A DNA stretch of 64,000 bases, taken from Dehalococcoidia bacterium (lineage in GTDB: Bacteria; Chloroflexota; Dehalococcoidia; Lucifugimonadales; UBA3495). Position numbers and translations under genes: made by a program. The notes beneath the pieces are model-generated. The model was not told the origin of the DNA, did no database searches, and saw nothing but the letters and a program-made list of their open reading frames with translations. Location: positions 1,477,663 through 1,541,662 of the forward strand of contig CBDCVB010000002.1 of NCBI GenBank assembly GCA_965222895.1, read 5' to 3'. Positions 47,690 through 55,600 of the stretch are shown here, piece after piece (within the stretch, counting starts at the first letter, position 1; every line of letters starts with the position of its first letter).

Positions 47690-48655
47690 TCAGTCGGTGT
47701 TGAACAGGGCGGCCAAACCGCCGCCGTCGGCCAGCAGCCGGAGCGCGGCGGCGTAAGGCTCGGTGGTCCTGGCGTCGATTGCCGCCAGAATGTCGGCCAT
47801 CTCCGGGTCGTTCTGGAGCAGGATGCTCACCCGGCGGTAAAACTCCTCCTGCACCGACTCCACGAACTCCTGCCGGCGGCGCGCCGAACGACGCTCTTCC
47901 AGACCGCCGCTGTCGGTTAGAAACGCCCGGTGCTCTCCAACGCTCTGCCACATTTCGGCGATGCCGACGCTGGCATACGCCTGGGTTTGCAGAACCGGCG
48001 GGTTCCACCCGGTGGAGAGGCTTGCCAGATGCAACATCGCGGTTACCGCGGCGGCCATCTGGTTGGCGCCATCCCGGTCGGCCTTGTTGATTACATAAAG
48101 GTCGGCGATTTCCATGACGCCAGCCTTCAGCGTTTGGATAGAGTCGCCGGACTCAGGCATCATCGTAACGATTACGGAGTCGGCAACGCTCATGATGCCC
48201 AGCTCGGTTTGACCCACACCCACAGTTTCAACCAGCACCACGTCCTTGCCGGCGGCGTCCAGCAACCTGACCATGCTTTTGACGATACGCGGTAGCCCGC
48301 CCGACTGCCCACGGGTGGCGACGCTGCGGATGAATACGCCAGCGTCCAGGTAGTGCCGCTGCATCCTGATGCGGTCGCCCAGCAACGCGCCGCCGGTAAA
48401 CGGGCTGGTCGGGTCTACCGCCAGGATGCCCACCGTCAGATCTAGTTTCCGCAGGTGCTCGGTGAGGCGGTCAACCAGCGTACTCTTGCCCACGCCGGGC
48501 GGCCCGGTGATGCCCACCGTGTAGGCGCGTCCGGTGTGGGGATCCAGCTGTTCCATCGCCGGCGCAGCCGCCGGGTCGCCCCGCTCCACCATCGTGAGTA
48601 GTCGGGAAAGGGCCCGCAGTTCGCCACGCAACACTCGGTCAGCCAGGTCATTCAT
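47690..48655 (-). CDS. meaB: Methylmalonyl-CoA mutase-associated G3E GTPase (MeaB/ArgK)
   Basis: ..RALSRLLTMVE.., P-loop GPPGVGKST, and ..ETVGVGQTE... Start at ATG 48655; the listed ORF extends to 48724. Confidence 0.85.
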   Translation of the reverse strand: MNDLADRVLRGELRALSRLLTMVERGDPAAAPAMEQLDPHTGRAYTVGITGPPGVGKSTLVDRLTEHLRKLDLTVGILAVDPTSPFTGGALLGDRIRMQRHYLDAGVFIRSVATRGQSGGLPRIVKSMVRLLDAAGKDVVLVETVGVGQTELGIMSVADSVIVTMMPESGDSIQTLKAGVMEIADLYVINKADRDGANQMAAAVTAMLHLASLSTGWNPPVLQTQAYASVGIAEMWQSVGEHRAFLTDSGGLEERRSARRRQEFVESVQEEFYRRVSILLQNDPEMADILAAIDARTTEPYAAALRLLADGGGLAALFNTD

Positions 48656-48756
48656 CGAAATCACGTCGTCGGAAATCGTAACATTTGCGCCGAAACACGA
48701 CGACCAATCTAACACCGCCGCCATTGCCGGTCAACGTATTGGCCCCCGGTTCCTAC

Positions 48757-48894
48757 GCGTACCCGCTTTAGTCTGTCATTGCGGGGAGCATAGCGACGTG
48801 GCAATGTCGGTGAGGCTGAACACAGGTCGACGAACCGCCGTTGCTACGGCGACGGGATTGCCACGCTACGCTCGCAATGACAAAGTTGGTACGC
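48757..48894. repeat. MITE/REP-like element family A, copy 4 of 4 (inverted relative to copy 2)
   Basis: GCGTACCCGCTTTAGTCTGTCATTGCGG..core..CGCAATGACAAAGTTGGTACGC. The reverse complement of its 61-nt core differs from the copy 2 core at 5 positions (manual alignment). Confidence 0.75.
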
Positions 48895-48985
48895 GTGAGT
48901 CCCGATTCCCTTAACAACGCCCCGCCGAGCGGTTATCATCAACGGCAGATTCAGACGTAATACCAACAATACAGAGGTAAACAAA

Positions 48986-49864
48986 ATGGTTGTGCCATCA
49001 AACACGCTGGAAGGCAAAGTGGCGATTGTAACCGGAGCGGCCAGCCCCATCGGAATGGGTCGGTCGATCACCACCGGACTCGTGAGAGCAGGCGCTCGGG
49101 TCGCCATGCTCGACATCAACGAGGACTGGCTGGACCAGACCGCCAACGATATGCGCGAGCTGGGCGGCGACGATGCCGTGTTGCCCATCATCGCTGACGT
49201 TACCGATCCCGAATCAGTGCGCAACGCGGTGGGACGTACTATCAGCGAGATGGGCGGACTGCACATTCTGGTCAACAACGCTGGCATTAATCCACGCACC
49301 GCCGGCTTCACCTCCAGTGGAGCCTCCGGGAGTCGCACCGACTATTGGGACATTGCTCCGGAGGCCTGGTTGCGGGTCATCGCCGTGAACCTGAGCGGCC
49401 CCTTCATAATGTCCCACGCCGTGGCCGGGCACATGATTGAGCAGGGCTACGGGCGCATCATCGGCGTTACCACCAGCATGGACACCATGTGGCGCAAGGG
49501 CGGCGCGCCCTACGGCCCCTCGAAGGCAGGCCACGAGGCGCTCGTTGCCATTATGTCGCAGGACCTGGAGGGCAGCGGAGTTACCGCCAACGTGCTGACG
49601 CCAGGAGGTGCCACGGCCACGAACATGGTGCTGCCGCCGGAAGGTTCCAGCGCCAGCACCCTGATTCAACCCGAAGTCATGCAGGCTCCCGTGGTGTGGA
49701 TTGCATCCGAGGACGCCAGCGACTGGAACGGCCGGCGCATCATTGCGTATCACTGGGACGAGTCGCTGCCCCTGGCTGAGCGGTTGGAAAAATGCGGCGC
49801 ACCGGCGGCCTGGCCCCAACTCGGGTTGCAGGCCGTGCATCCGGATTGGTACGGCAGAGGTTAA
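48986..49864 (+). CDS. Short-chain dehydrogenase/reductase
   Basis: TGAASPIGMG, NNAG, and S..YGPSK. Confidence 0.85.
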   Translation: MVVPSNTLEGKVAIVTGAASPIGMGRSITTGLVRAGARVAMLDINEDWLDQTANDMRELGGDDAVLPIIADVTDPESVRNAVGRTISEMGGLHILVNNAGINPRTAGFTSSGASGSRTDYWDIAPEAWLRVIAVNLSGPFIMSHAVAGHMIEQGYGRIIGVTTSMDTMWRKGGAPYGPSKAGHEALVAIMSQDLEGSGVTANVLTPGGATATNMVLPPEGSSASTLIQPEVMQAPVVWIASEDASDWNGRRIIAYHWDESLPLAERLEKCGAPAAWPQLGLQAVHPDWYGRG

Positions 49865-49885
49865 GGCAGCCTAGAAACCCGATAC

Positions 49886-49913
49886 GTAGGGGCGAATAAT
49901 AATTCGCCCCTAC
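49886..49913. repeat. GC hairpin repeat family D, copy 2
   Basis: GTAGGGGCGAAT-AATA-ATTCGCCCCTAC. Confidence 0.55.
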
Positions 49914-49930
49914 CTGACACGTAAAAAACG

Positions 49931-49958
49931 TGGGGCGGGTTTCAACCCGCCCCGTTTT
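49931..49958. terminator. GC hairpin family E, copy 2, with T-tract
   Basis: GGGGCGGGTT..AACCCGCCCC followed by GTTTT. It lies between convergent genes ending at 49864 (+) and 49985 (-). Confidence 0.6.
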
Positions 49959-49984
49959 CCGGTGTCGATTGGCCTTTCGGTCAG

Positions 49985-50371
49985 TTATCCAACGGCGAGG
50001 GTCTCGGCGTCAGTGATGAAAGCGTTCGTTTCCCTGATACGGCGCTCGGTGTGAGGGCCGCACATTCCGTTGTAGAAGCAGGATCCGTGCAGGTAGCTGA
50101 TACGGGTGAAGTAACGCCCAACCAGGTTCTCCGCGCTAGGCATCTGACTGGCGAGTTCGAGAAGCCCCTCGGTGGTGAAGGCCGTTGTTTCCGGTTCGTC
50201 ACCCGTGCGCGCTAATATGAGGGCGTCGGTGGCTCGCTTGGTGGCGCACCAAGCTTTCTCGGCGGCGTCGCGGATGTCGCCGTGTTCAAGTCGTTCGAGA
50301 GCCTGGGCGTGAACCAATCTGGCGTCTGCGAAAAGTTCGTCAACCCGGTCCTTGATTGAAGCGGTAGTCAT
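49985..50371 (-). CDS. PaREP1-family (HEPN-superfamily-like) protein
   Basis: 128 aa from MTTASIKDRVDELFADARLVHAQALERLEHGDIRDAAEKAWCATKRATDALI..LHGSCFYNG, a pattern typical of PaREP1 proteins. The listed ORF extends to 50491. Confidence 0.55.
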   Translation of the reverse strand: MTTASIKDRVDELFADARLVHAQALERLEHGDIRDAAEKAWCATKRATDALILARTGDEPETTAFTTEGLLELASQMPSAENLVGRYFTRISYLHGSCFYNGMCGPHTERRIRETNAFITDAETLAVG

Positions 50372-50546
50372 GTATTGGCTGCTCAAGTTTGGTAAGGGTA
50401 CTTGTCCCAAGAGGGAACTGAAGGTGTCAATCCAAGCACAGATGGCCGTCGCCGCAATTACAGAACGGCACTCCTTGATATCTGGACGCAATCCCCATTC
50501 TTACCTATGCTTACCACACGGTATAAGGGGAGGATCGAAGATGCAA

Positions 50547-52757
50547 TCAGTGTCTGAAACCGCTGTCGAAGCCCACCGCGCCGGGTTTGATTAGCAGGTC
50601 GGGCCGGTTGCCCCAGCGTTTCAGGAACCGGCCGAAATTTTTGCGGCTCAATTCGTCGCGCTGGTTCCCATCCAGCTCTTCCCACTGTCGATGTTCGTGG
50701 CGAACCAAAGCCAACTTGCTGTCGCACACGACGCGGAAGCCGGCGTTTTTGAACTGGAAGCAATAGTCGATGTCCAAGTTCCGGTAAAAGCGGAAAGACT
50801 CGTGCATCAGGCCCACCGCAGGCATATCGGCCCGTCGGAAGGCCATGCAATAAGCCTGCATCGCGTCGGCGTCGCCTTCCTCCACCTCTTCGTGGAAGTG
50901 CTGCATATCGTCGGTGGTCAGGCCATACGGCCCGAACACCCCCACGGTTTGGTCTGACAGATGCTCGGCCACCGGCGCCAGTATGTCGCCCACCACCTCG
51001 GTCGATGCGTCAATCAGTATGACGTAGCGGCCGCGGGCCTGCTTGATGGCGATGTTCTTGCCGGCTGCGTCGCCCACCACGTGGTCGCAGTGGATGACTT
51101 TCAGGTTTTCGTGTTGCCGCTGCGCCTCTTCCAGGTAATCGGCGGTGCCGTCGGTAGATCCGTTGTCAACCACAACGACTTCCGCCGACGCGCCGGCCGT
51201 GTGCTTCAGGATGGCTTCCACGCAGCGGCGCACGTCGTCAACGTAGTCGTAGGCGTTGAGCAGGAAGGAGTATTCGTACAGGTCGGGCTGGTCCAGCAGC
51301 GAAGGCACTTCTCTCGATGCAGACACTGATGACCAGCGCGATTCCTGGCGTTCCAGCGGTGTTTGAGGTCGCACGCGGGTATCGCCGGCCGTGTCTTCAA
51401 CCACCAGTCCGCTTGACTTCGCGTCCGAGCGCAGCGCGTCGGCGGCGTCAAAAGCGGCCTGCTGGCGCAACGCCAACCGGCGGGCGATGAGTTCTTCGCG
51501 ATCGGGTCCGATGTCGTATTGAACCGGCACGTCGTCCAGATTGAGGCCAAACACCCGGTCGAAGTCCAGAATCAAATCCAGCTTGTCCGCCGACGGCAGG
51601 TGCGAGCTGACCATGTCCCAGGTGATGGCCAGTCCGCGGGGCAGGTCCAGATCATTGCGAACCGCCTCCCAGAAGCGATTGCGCCATTCGTTAACCACGC
51701 CCTGGTCTTCCAGGCGAGCCCCATTGTTGTCGGGGGAGTACTGCCAGTTCCAGACGCGGTTCCGCAGGTTGGTCAGGGCTTTCTCAGCGGCGCGCAAGGA
51801 CGTGAACGTGAAGTTCATCCGGTGCCGGTAACGAACCGTCATGCACAGGTAGCGGAACGCCAGCGGGTCGAACCCGCGGGCGGCCAGGTCTTCGATGAGG
51901 AACACGTTGCCGGCGGATTTGGCCATCTTGGCGCCGTCGGCGAGCAGATGCTGTCCGTGTACCCAGTAGTTGACGTGCTGGTCGCCGAACGCCCCTTCGC
52001 TCTGGGCGATTTCGTCCTCGTGGTGGGGGAATACGTTATCCACGCCGCCGGTGTGAAGGTCGAACCGTTCGCCCAGGTACTTGTGGGCCATCGCTGAACA
52101 CTCGATGTGCCAGCCGGGAAATCCCTCTCCCCAGGGGCTGTCCCACTTCACGTCGCGACCCGGCTCGGCGGCCTTCCACAGCGTAAAGTCGCGTGGATCC
52201 TTTTTCAAAGGGTCAGCTTCGGCTCTCACACCTTCCAGCAGGTCGCCGCCGATATTATTCGACAGCTTGCCATAATTGGCGTAGCTGTTGACGCTGAAGT
52301 AGATGTTCCCGCCGGCTTCGTAAGCCGACCCATTGCCCATCAGCGTACCGACCATGTCCAGCATTTCCGGAATATGCTGCGAGGCCCAGGGGAACACGTG
52401 GGCGGGAAGGATGTTGATGCGCGCCTCGTCCCGCCAGAAGCAATCCGCGTAAAACTCGCCAATCTCCTGGATGGTTTTGCCTTCTTCCAGCGCGGCCATA
52501 ATCATCTTGTCGCCGCCGGCTTCAACCAATTCCTGGCGCATATGGCCCACATCGGTGATGTTCTTGATGTGGTAAACCTCATTGCCGTCAACAGTCAGCA
52601 CACGCCGAATCCAGTCGGCCATCAGGTAAGTGCGCAGGTTGCCGATGTGAGCATACCGATAGACGGTCGGCCCGCACGTGTACATTGCGACGCGCCCGGG
52701 CGTCATCGGCTTAATTTCCTCAGTGGTTTTGGTAAGGGTATTGTAAATACGTAACAC
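50547..52757 (-). CDS. cysS: Cysteine--tRNA ligase fused to a C-terminal family-2 glycosyltransferase domain
   Basis: The N-terminal ~470 aa contain CGPTVY, HIGN(LR), WHIECSAM, FPHHEDEIAQSE, KMAKSAGN and a DALR-like tail (..LRQQAAFDAADALRSD...GLVVEDT). The C-terminal ~250 aa contain ..VVVVDNGSTDGT.., ..ILIDAST.. and a GT2 fold. Confidence 0.9.
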   Translation of the reverse strand: MLRIYNTLTKTTEEIKPMTPGRVAMYTCGPTVYRYAHIGNLRTYLMADWIRRVLTVDGNEVYHIKNITDVGHMRQELVEAGGDKMIMAALEEGKTIQEIGEFYADCFWRDEARINILPAHVFPWASQHIPEMLDMVGTLMGNGSAYEAGGNIYFSVNSYANYGKLSNNIGGDLLEGVRAEADPLKKDPRDFTLWKAAEPGRDVKWDSPWGEGFPGWHIECSAMAHKYLGERFDLHTGGVDNVFPHHEDEIAQSEGAFGDQHVNYWVHGQHLLADGAKMAKSAGNVFLIEDLAARGFDPLAFRYLCMTVRYRHRMNFTFTSLRAAEKALTNLRNRVWNWQYSPDNNGARLEDQGVVNEWRNRFWEAVRNDLDLPRGLAITWDMVSSHLPSADKLDLILDFDRVFGLNLDDVPVQYDIGPDREELIARRLALRQQAAFDAADALRSDAKSSGLVVEDTAGDTRVRPQTPLERQESRWSSVSASREVPSLLDQPDLYEYSFLLNAYDYVDDVRRCVEAILKHTAGASAEVVVVDNGSTDGTADYLEEAQRQHENLKVIHCDHVVGDAAGKNIAIKQARGRYVILIDASTEVVGDILAPVAEHLSDQTVGVFGPYGLTTDDMQHFHEEVEEGDADAMQAYCMAFRRADMPAVGLMHESFRFYRNLDIDYCFQFKNAGFRVVCDSKLALVRHEHRQWEELDGNQRDELSRKNFGRFLKRWGNRPDLLIKPGAVGFDSGFRH

Positions 52758-52895
52758 GCTGCAACTCCGGCCGGAGATTGGTTGGCGTCAGTTTAGCAGG
52801 ATAGAACGCGGATTGCACATCCGCCCGTGCCGGCATCGAACACCCGACTGCCCCAGAGCCGTTGTTACGTCAATCTCAGGTGTGTTGACAAATAC

Positions 52896-52972
52896 CGTCA
52901 TTCACGCAAAAGCATCGTCATTCCCGCGAAAGCGGGAATCCAGTGGCCGATCCTGCTTTCGCAGAAGTGACG
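52896..52972. repeat. Short palindromic repeat family B, copy 2
   Basis: CGTCATTCACGCAAAAGCA-tc-GTCATTCCCGCGAAAGCGGGAATCCAG-..-TGCTTTCGCAGAAGTGACG: imperfect outer inverted repeat around a central hairpin. Confidence 0.5.
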
Positions 52973-52999
52973 GGTTGGTTTGCCAATTGTCAACAGGCT

Positions 53000-55318
53000 C
53001 TAGGGAGTTGGCATCCGCACGGCACCCGAGTCTTTAAGCGCCTGGATCTCCGTCGCCGAGTAGCCAGCCTCCGCCAGAACCTCGTCGGTGTGCCGGCCGA
53101 ACCACGGCGTGGGTATTCCCAGGCGGGGCGGCGTCGCCGAGAGTCGTGCCGTGGTGCCCGAATGATCAACGCTCCCCCAAACCTCGTGCTCGCGGGTCAC
53201 GATGAATCCGGCATTACGCACCACCGGGTCGTTCCGGTAGTCCTCCATGGTCAGGTTGGCCGTAACCGACACGCCGCAGGGCCGCAGCGTCCGGGCCCAG
53301 TGTTCAATGGTGTTGGTTTGGATGGCGTAGCCCAAAGCGTCGGCGGCGCCGGCGTCGCTGTTGGCCGAGGCCACCGGAACCAGCTCCGGCAGTTGCAGCG
53401 CGGCTTGCCAGGCGGCGTCGTTCGGGAAATGGAGGTACAGCCAGCCATCCGATGCCTGATACAGCCGGGAGCGGGCCGAGTAACCGCGCACTTGCACGCC
53501 TTCCAAGTCGGCGCGCTGGTAGCCCGCATAATCCAGGAAGTAGGGAGACTGCAACAGCCCGGCGGTGAGTGCCAGACCGCTGTCCATCGACTGACCCTGC
53601 CCGGTGCGGTTACGTTCGTGCAGCGCCAAAGCCACTGCGTATGCGCCCATCAACCCGGTGCCGTAGTCGTTGACGGCGTAGGGCGACAGCATGGGGGCGC
53701 CGTTGCGACCGCCGCGACGCACTTGCATCCCGCTGGTGCCCTGAGCCAGCTGTTCCCAGCCGGCGCGTTCCGACCAGGGGCCGTCGTAGCCAAAGGCGTT
53801 CAGCGAGGCGTAAACGATGTCGGGCTTGACCTTCCTGACTTCCTCGTAGCCGAGGCCCAGACGTTGCACGGCAGACTTGCGGTTGTTTTCCACAATCACG
53901 TCGGCGGACTCTACCAGCTTCCAGAACACTTCCCGGCCCTCATCGGATTTGAGGTTGAGCATGATGCTGCGTTTGCCCCGGTTGACATCAATATAGCCAA
54001 TGGGGTCAAGGATGCGGGTGGGATCGTCAATCTTGATGACATCGGCGCCGAACTCGCCCAGAGTGCGCCCGCAGGTCGGCCCGGCCAGGATAATGCAAAG
54101 GTCGAGCACGCGAACGCCCTGCAAGGCGCTGAGCACGTCGCCGTTGGTATTGGCGGGGTTTTGAGCCGGACGCACCGGGGCTCGCGCGGCCTCCTCAAGC
54201 ACGGCATCGGTGTGCTCGCCCAGTCGGGGGGCGCTGCCCTGGATTGCGCCCGGTGTGCCGCGCAGCCGGACTTGCACGCCGGGCTGCTTCATGGCGCCGC
54301 GCTCGGCGTCCTCAACTTCCACCACCATCTTGCCGGCGATGGCGTGCTCGTGCACCAGCCATTCGTCCACGGTCTTGCAGACGGTACACGCGCCGCCCTG
54401 GGCGTTGATGTCGGTCTCCCACTGCCAGGCCGTGCGCTCCCTGAACATCTCGGCAAACCGCTGTTGCCAGAAATCCAGCGTGTCCGAGTCCCCCGGCCGG
54501 CCAAACAGCGGCACAACTTCGTCAATCCAGTCGGTGCGGCCCGCGGCGGTCAGAGTCTGACGGGCGAAACGTTCGAACATCCCGTGATGATATATCCAGC
54601 GACCGTCCGCGCACTCGTAGGGATGCGACATCACCGAGCGCGGGAAATCAAACTGGTTGACATATTCGAAGTTGTTGAACTTGATGATTCGGCTGCCCAT
54701 GGCGGTGAACATCGCGGAATGCAACGGCACCTCGATGCGCTGGCCCTGGCCCGAATTGTCGCGGGCGTTGATTGCCATTGCGACCGATACCGACCCCAGC
54801 GCCGCGGCAAATGTGCTGGCGATGGGCAGCGGGGTGAACAACGGCTCCCCGTCGCTCTCGTCAGTCTCCGGATAAAGGCCCGTCTCAGCGCTGATGACCG
54901 GATCCCACCCCGGTTCGTTGCGGCTGGGATGTTCCTCGCCGTAGCCGGGCAACGAGCAGTAGATTAGGCGCGGGTTGTCGGCGGAAAGCTCGTCGTAGCC
55001 GATGCCCAGCCGGTCGGCCACTCCCGGCCGGTAGTTTTCAATCACGACGTCGGCGTTAGCCGCCAGGCGGCGAGCGCCCTCGCGGCCGGCATCGGTTTTC
55101 AGATCCAGCACCACGGACCGTTTGCCCCGGTTCCAGGTGGCGAACGCCGGCTCCGAACGCGCCGGATCGCCGCCGGGTCGCTCAACCTTGATGACGTGGG
55201 CGCCCTGGTCGGACAGCAACATCCCCAGCATCGGGCCCGGAACATATTGCCCGAATTCCACAACGTGAATGTCGCGCAGCGCACCGGCCGCCCGGGCGTC
55301 GTTACCGTTGGTGGTCAT
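53000..55318 (-). CDS. Tandem (two-module) family III CoA-transferase (CaiB/BaiF/Frc type)
   Basis: 772 aa. Module 1 reads ..HVVEFGQYVPGPMLGMLLSDQGAHVIKVERP... Module 2 reads ..VRVLDLCIILAGPTCGRTLGEFGADVIKIDDP... Each module is about 380 aa. Confidence 0.85.
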   Translation of the reverse strand: MTTNGNDARAAGALRDIHVVEFGQYVPGPMLGMLLSDQGAHVIKVERPGGDPARSEPAFATWNRGKRSVVLDLKTDAGREGARRLAANADVVIENYRPGVADRLGIGYDELSADNPRLIYCSLPGYGEEHPSRNEPGWDPVISAETGLYPETDESDGEPLFTPLPIASTFAAALGSVSVAMAINARDNSGQGQRIEVPLHSAMFTAMGSRIIKFNNFEYVNQFDFPRSVMSHPYECADGRWIYHHGMFERFARQTLTAAGRTDWIDEVVPLFGRPGDSDTLDFWQQRFAEMFRERTAWQWETDINAQGGACTVCKTVDEWLVHEHAIAGKMVVEVEDAERGAMKQPGVQVRLRGTPGAIQGSAPRLGEHTDAVLEEAARAPVRPAQNPANTNGDVLSALQGVRVLDLCIILAGPTCGRTLGEFGADVIKIDDPTRILDPIGYIDVNRGKRSIMLNLKSDEGREVFWKLVESADVIVENNRKSAVQRLGLGYEEVRKVKPDIVYASLNAFGYDGPWSERAGWEQLAQGTSGMQVRRGGRNGAPMLSPYAVNDYGTGLMGAYAVALALHERNRTGQGQSMDSGLALTAGLLQSPYFLDYAGYQRADLEGVQVRGYSARSRLYQASDGWLYLHFPNDAAWQAALQLPELVPVASANSDAGAADALGYAIQTNTIEHWARTLRPCGVSVTANLTMEDYRNDPVVRNAGFIVTREHEVWGSVDHSGTTARLSATPPRLGIPTPWFGRHTDEVLAEAGYSATEIQALKDSGAVRMPTP

Positions 55319-55399
55319 TTTCCAACTCCTGATACGTGTGGTCCGATGACGTGAAATTCGACACCATCCTGGTTGAATGTGTCACCTTGCTGGAACTCA

Positions 55400-55537
55400 T
55401 TAGCCAAAGCCATCGAAAGCGGAGAACAATCCGATCCCCATAACTATTAATACCAGTATGAACGCGACCAAGTAGAAAACTAACATCGCGCAGCCGAAGC
55501 CGATCCCGAATTTGAAACCGTCGATTATCCGGTCCAT
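55400..55537 (-). CDS. Candidate 45-aa hydrophobic mini-protein
   Basis: ATG at 55537 to TAA at 55400 encodes MDRIIDGFKFGIGFGCAMLVFYLVAFILVLIVMGIGLFSAFDGFG. No SD. It lies between two minus-strand genes in a more AT-rich spacer. Confidence 0.3.
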   Translation of the reverse strand: MDRIIDGFKFGIGFGCAMLVFYLVAFILVLIVMGIGLFSAFDGFG

Positions 55538-55600
55538 GTCACAATCGGTCGCACGCCGGGCGTGCAACCCCTACTCCCAATATCCCCTATATCCCCGGCA

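Noticed and set aside
50352-50594. 80-aa plus-strand ORF between the PaREP1-like gene and cysS, considered as an antitoxin partner
   Set aside because: It overlaps the starts and ends of both flanking minus-strand genes on the wrong strand. It has no SD and no recognisable fold motif.
52943-54967. 674-aa plus-strand ORF opposite the CoA-transferase gene
   Set aside because: The opposite strand carries clear family III CoA-transferase motifs in two modules. This product is Gly/Ala/Arg/Val-rich low complexity.
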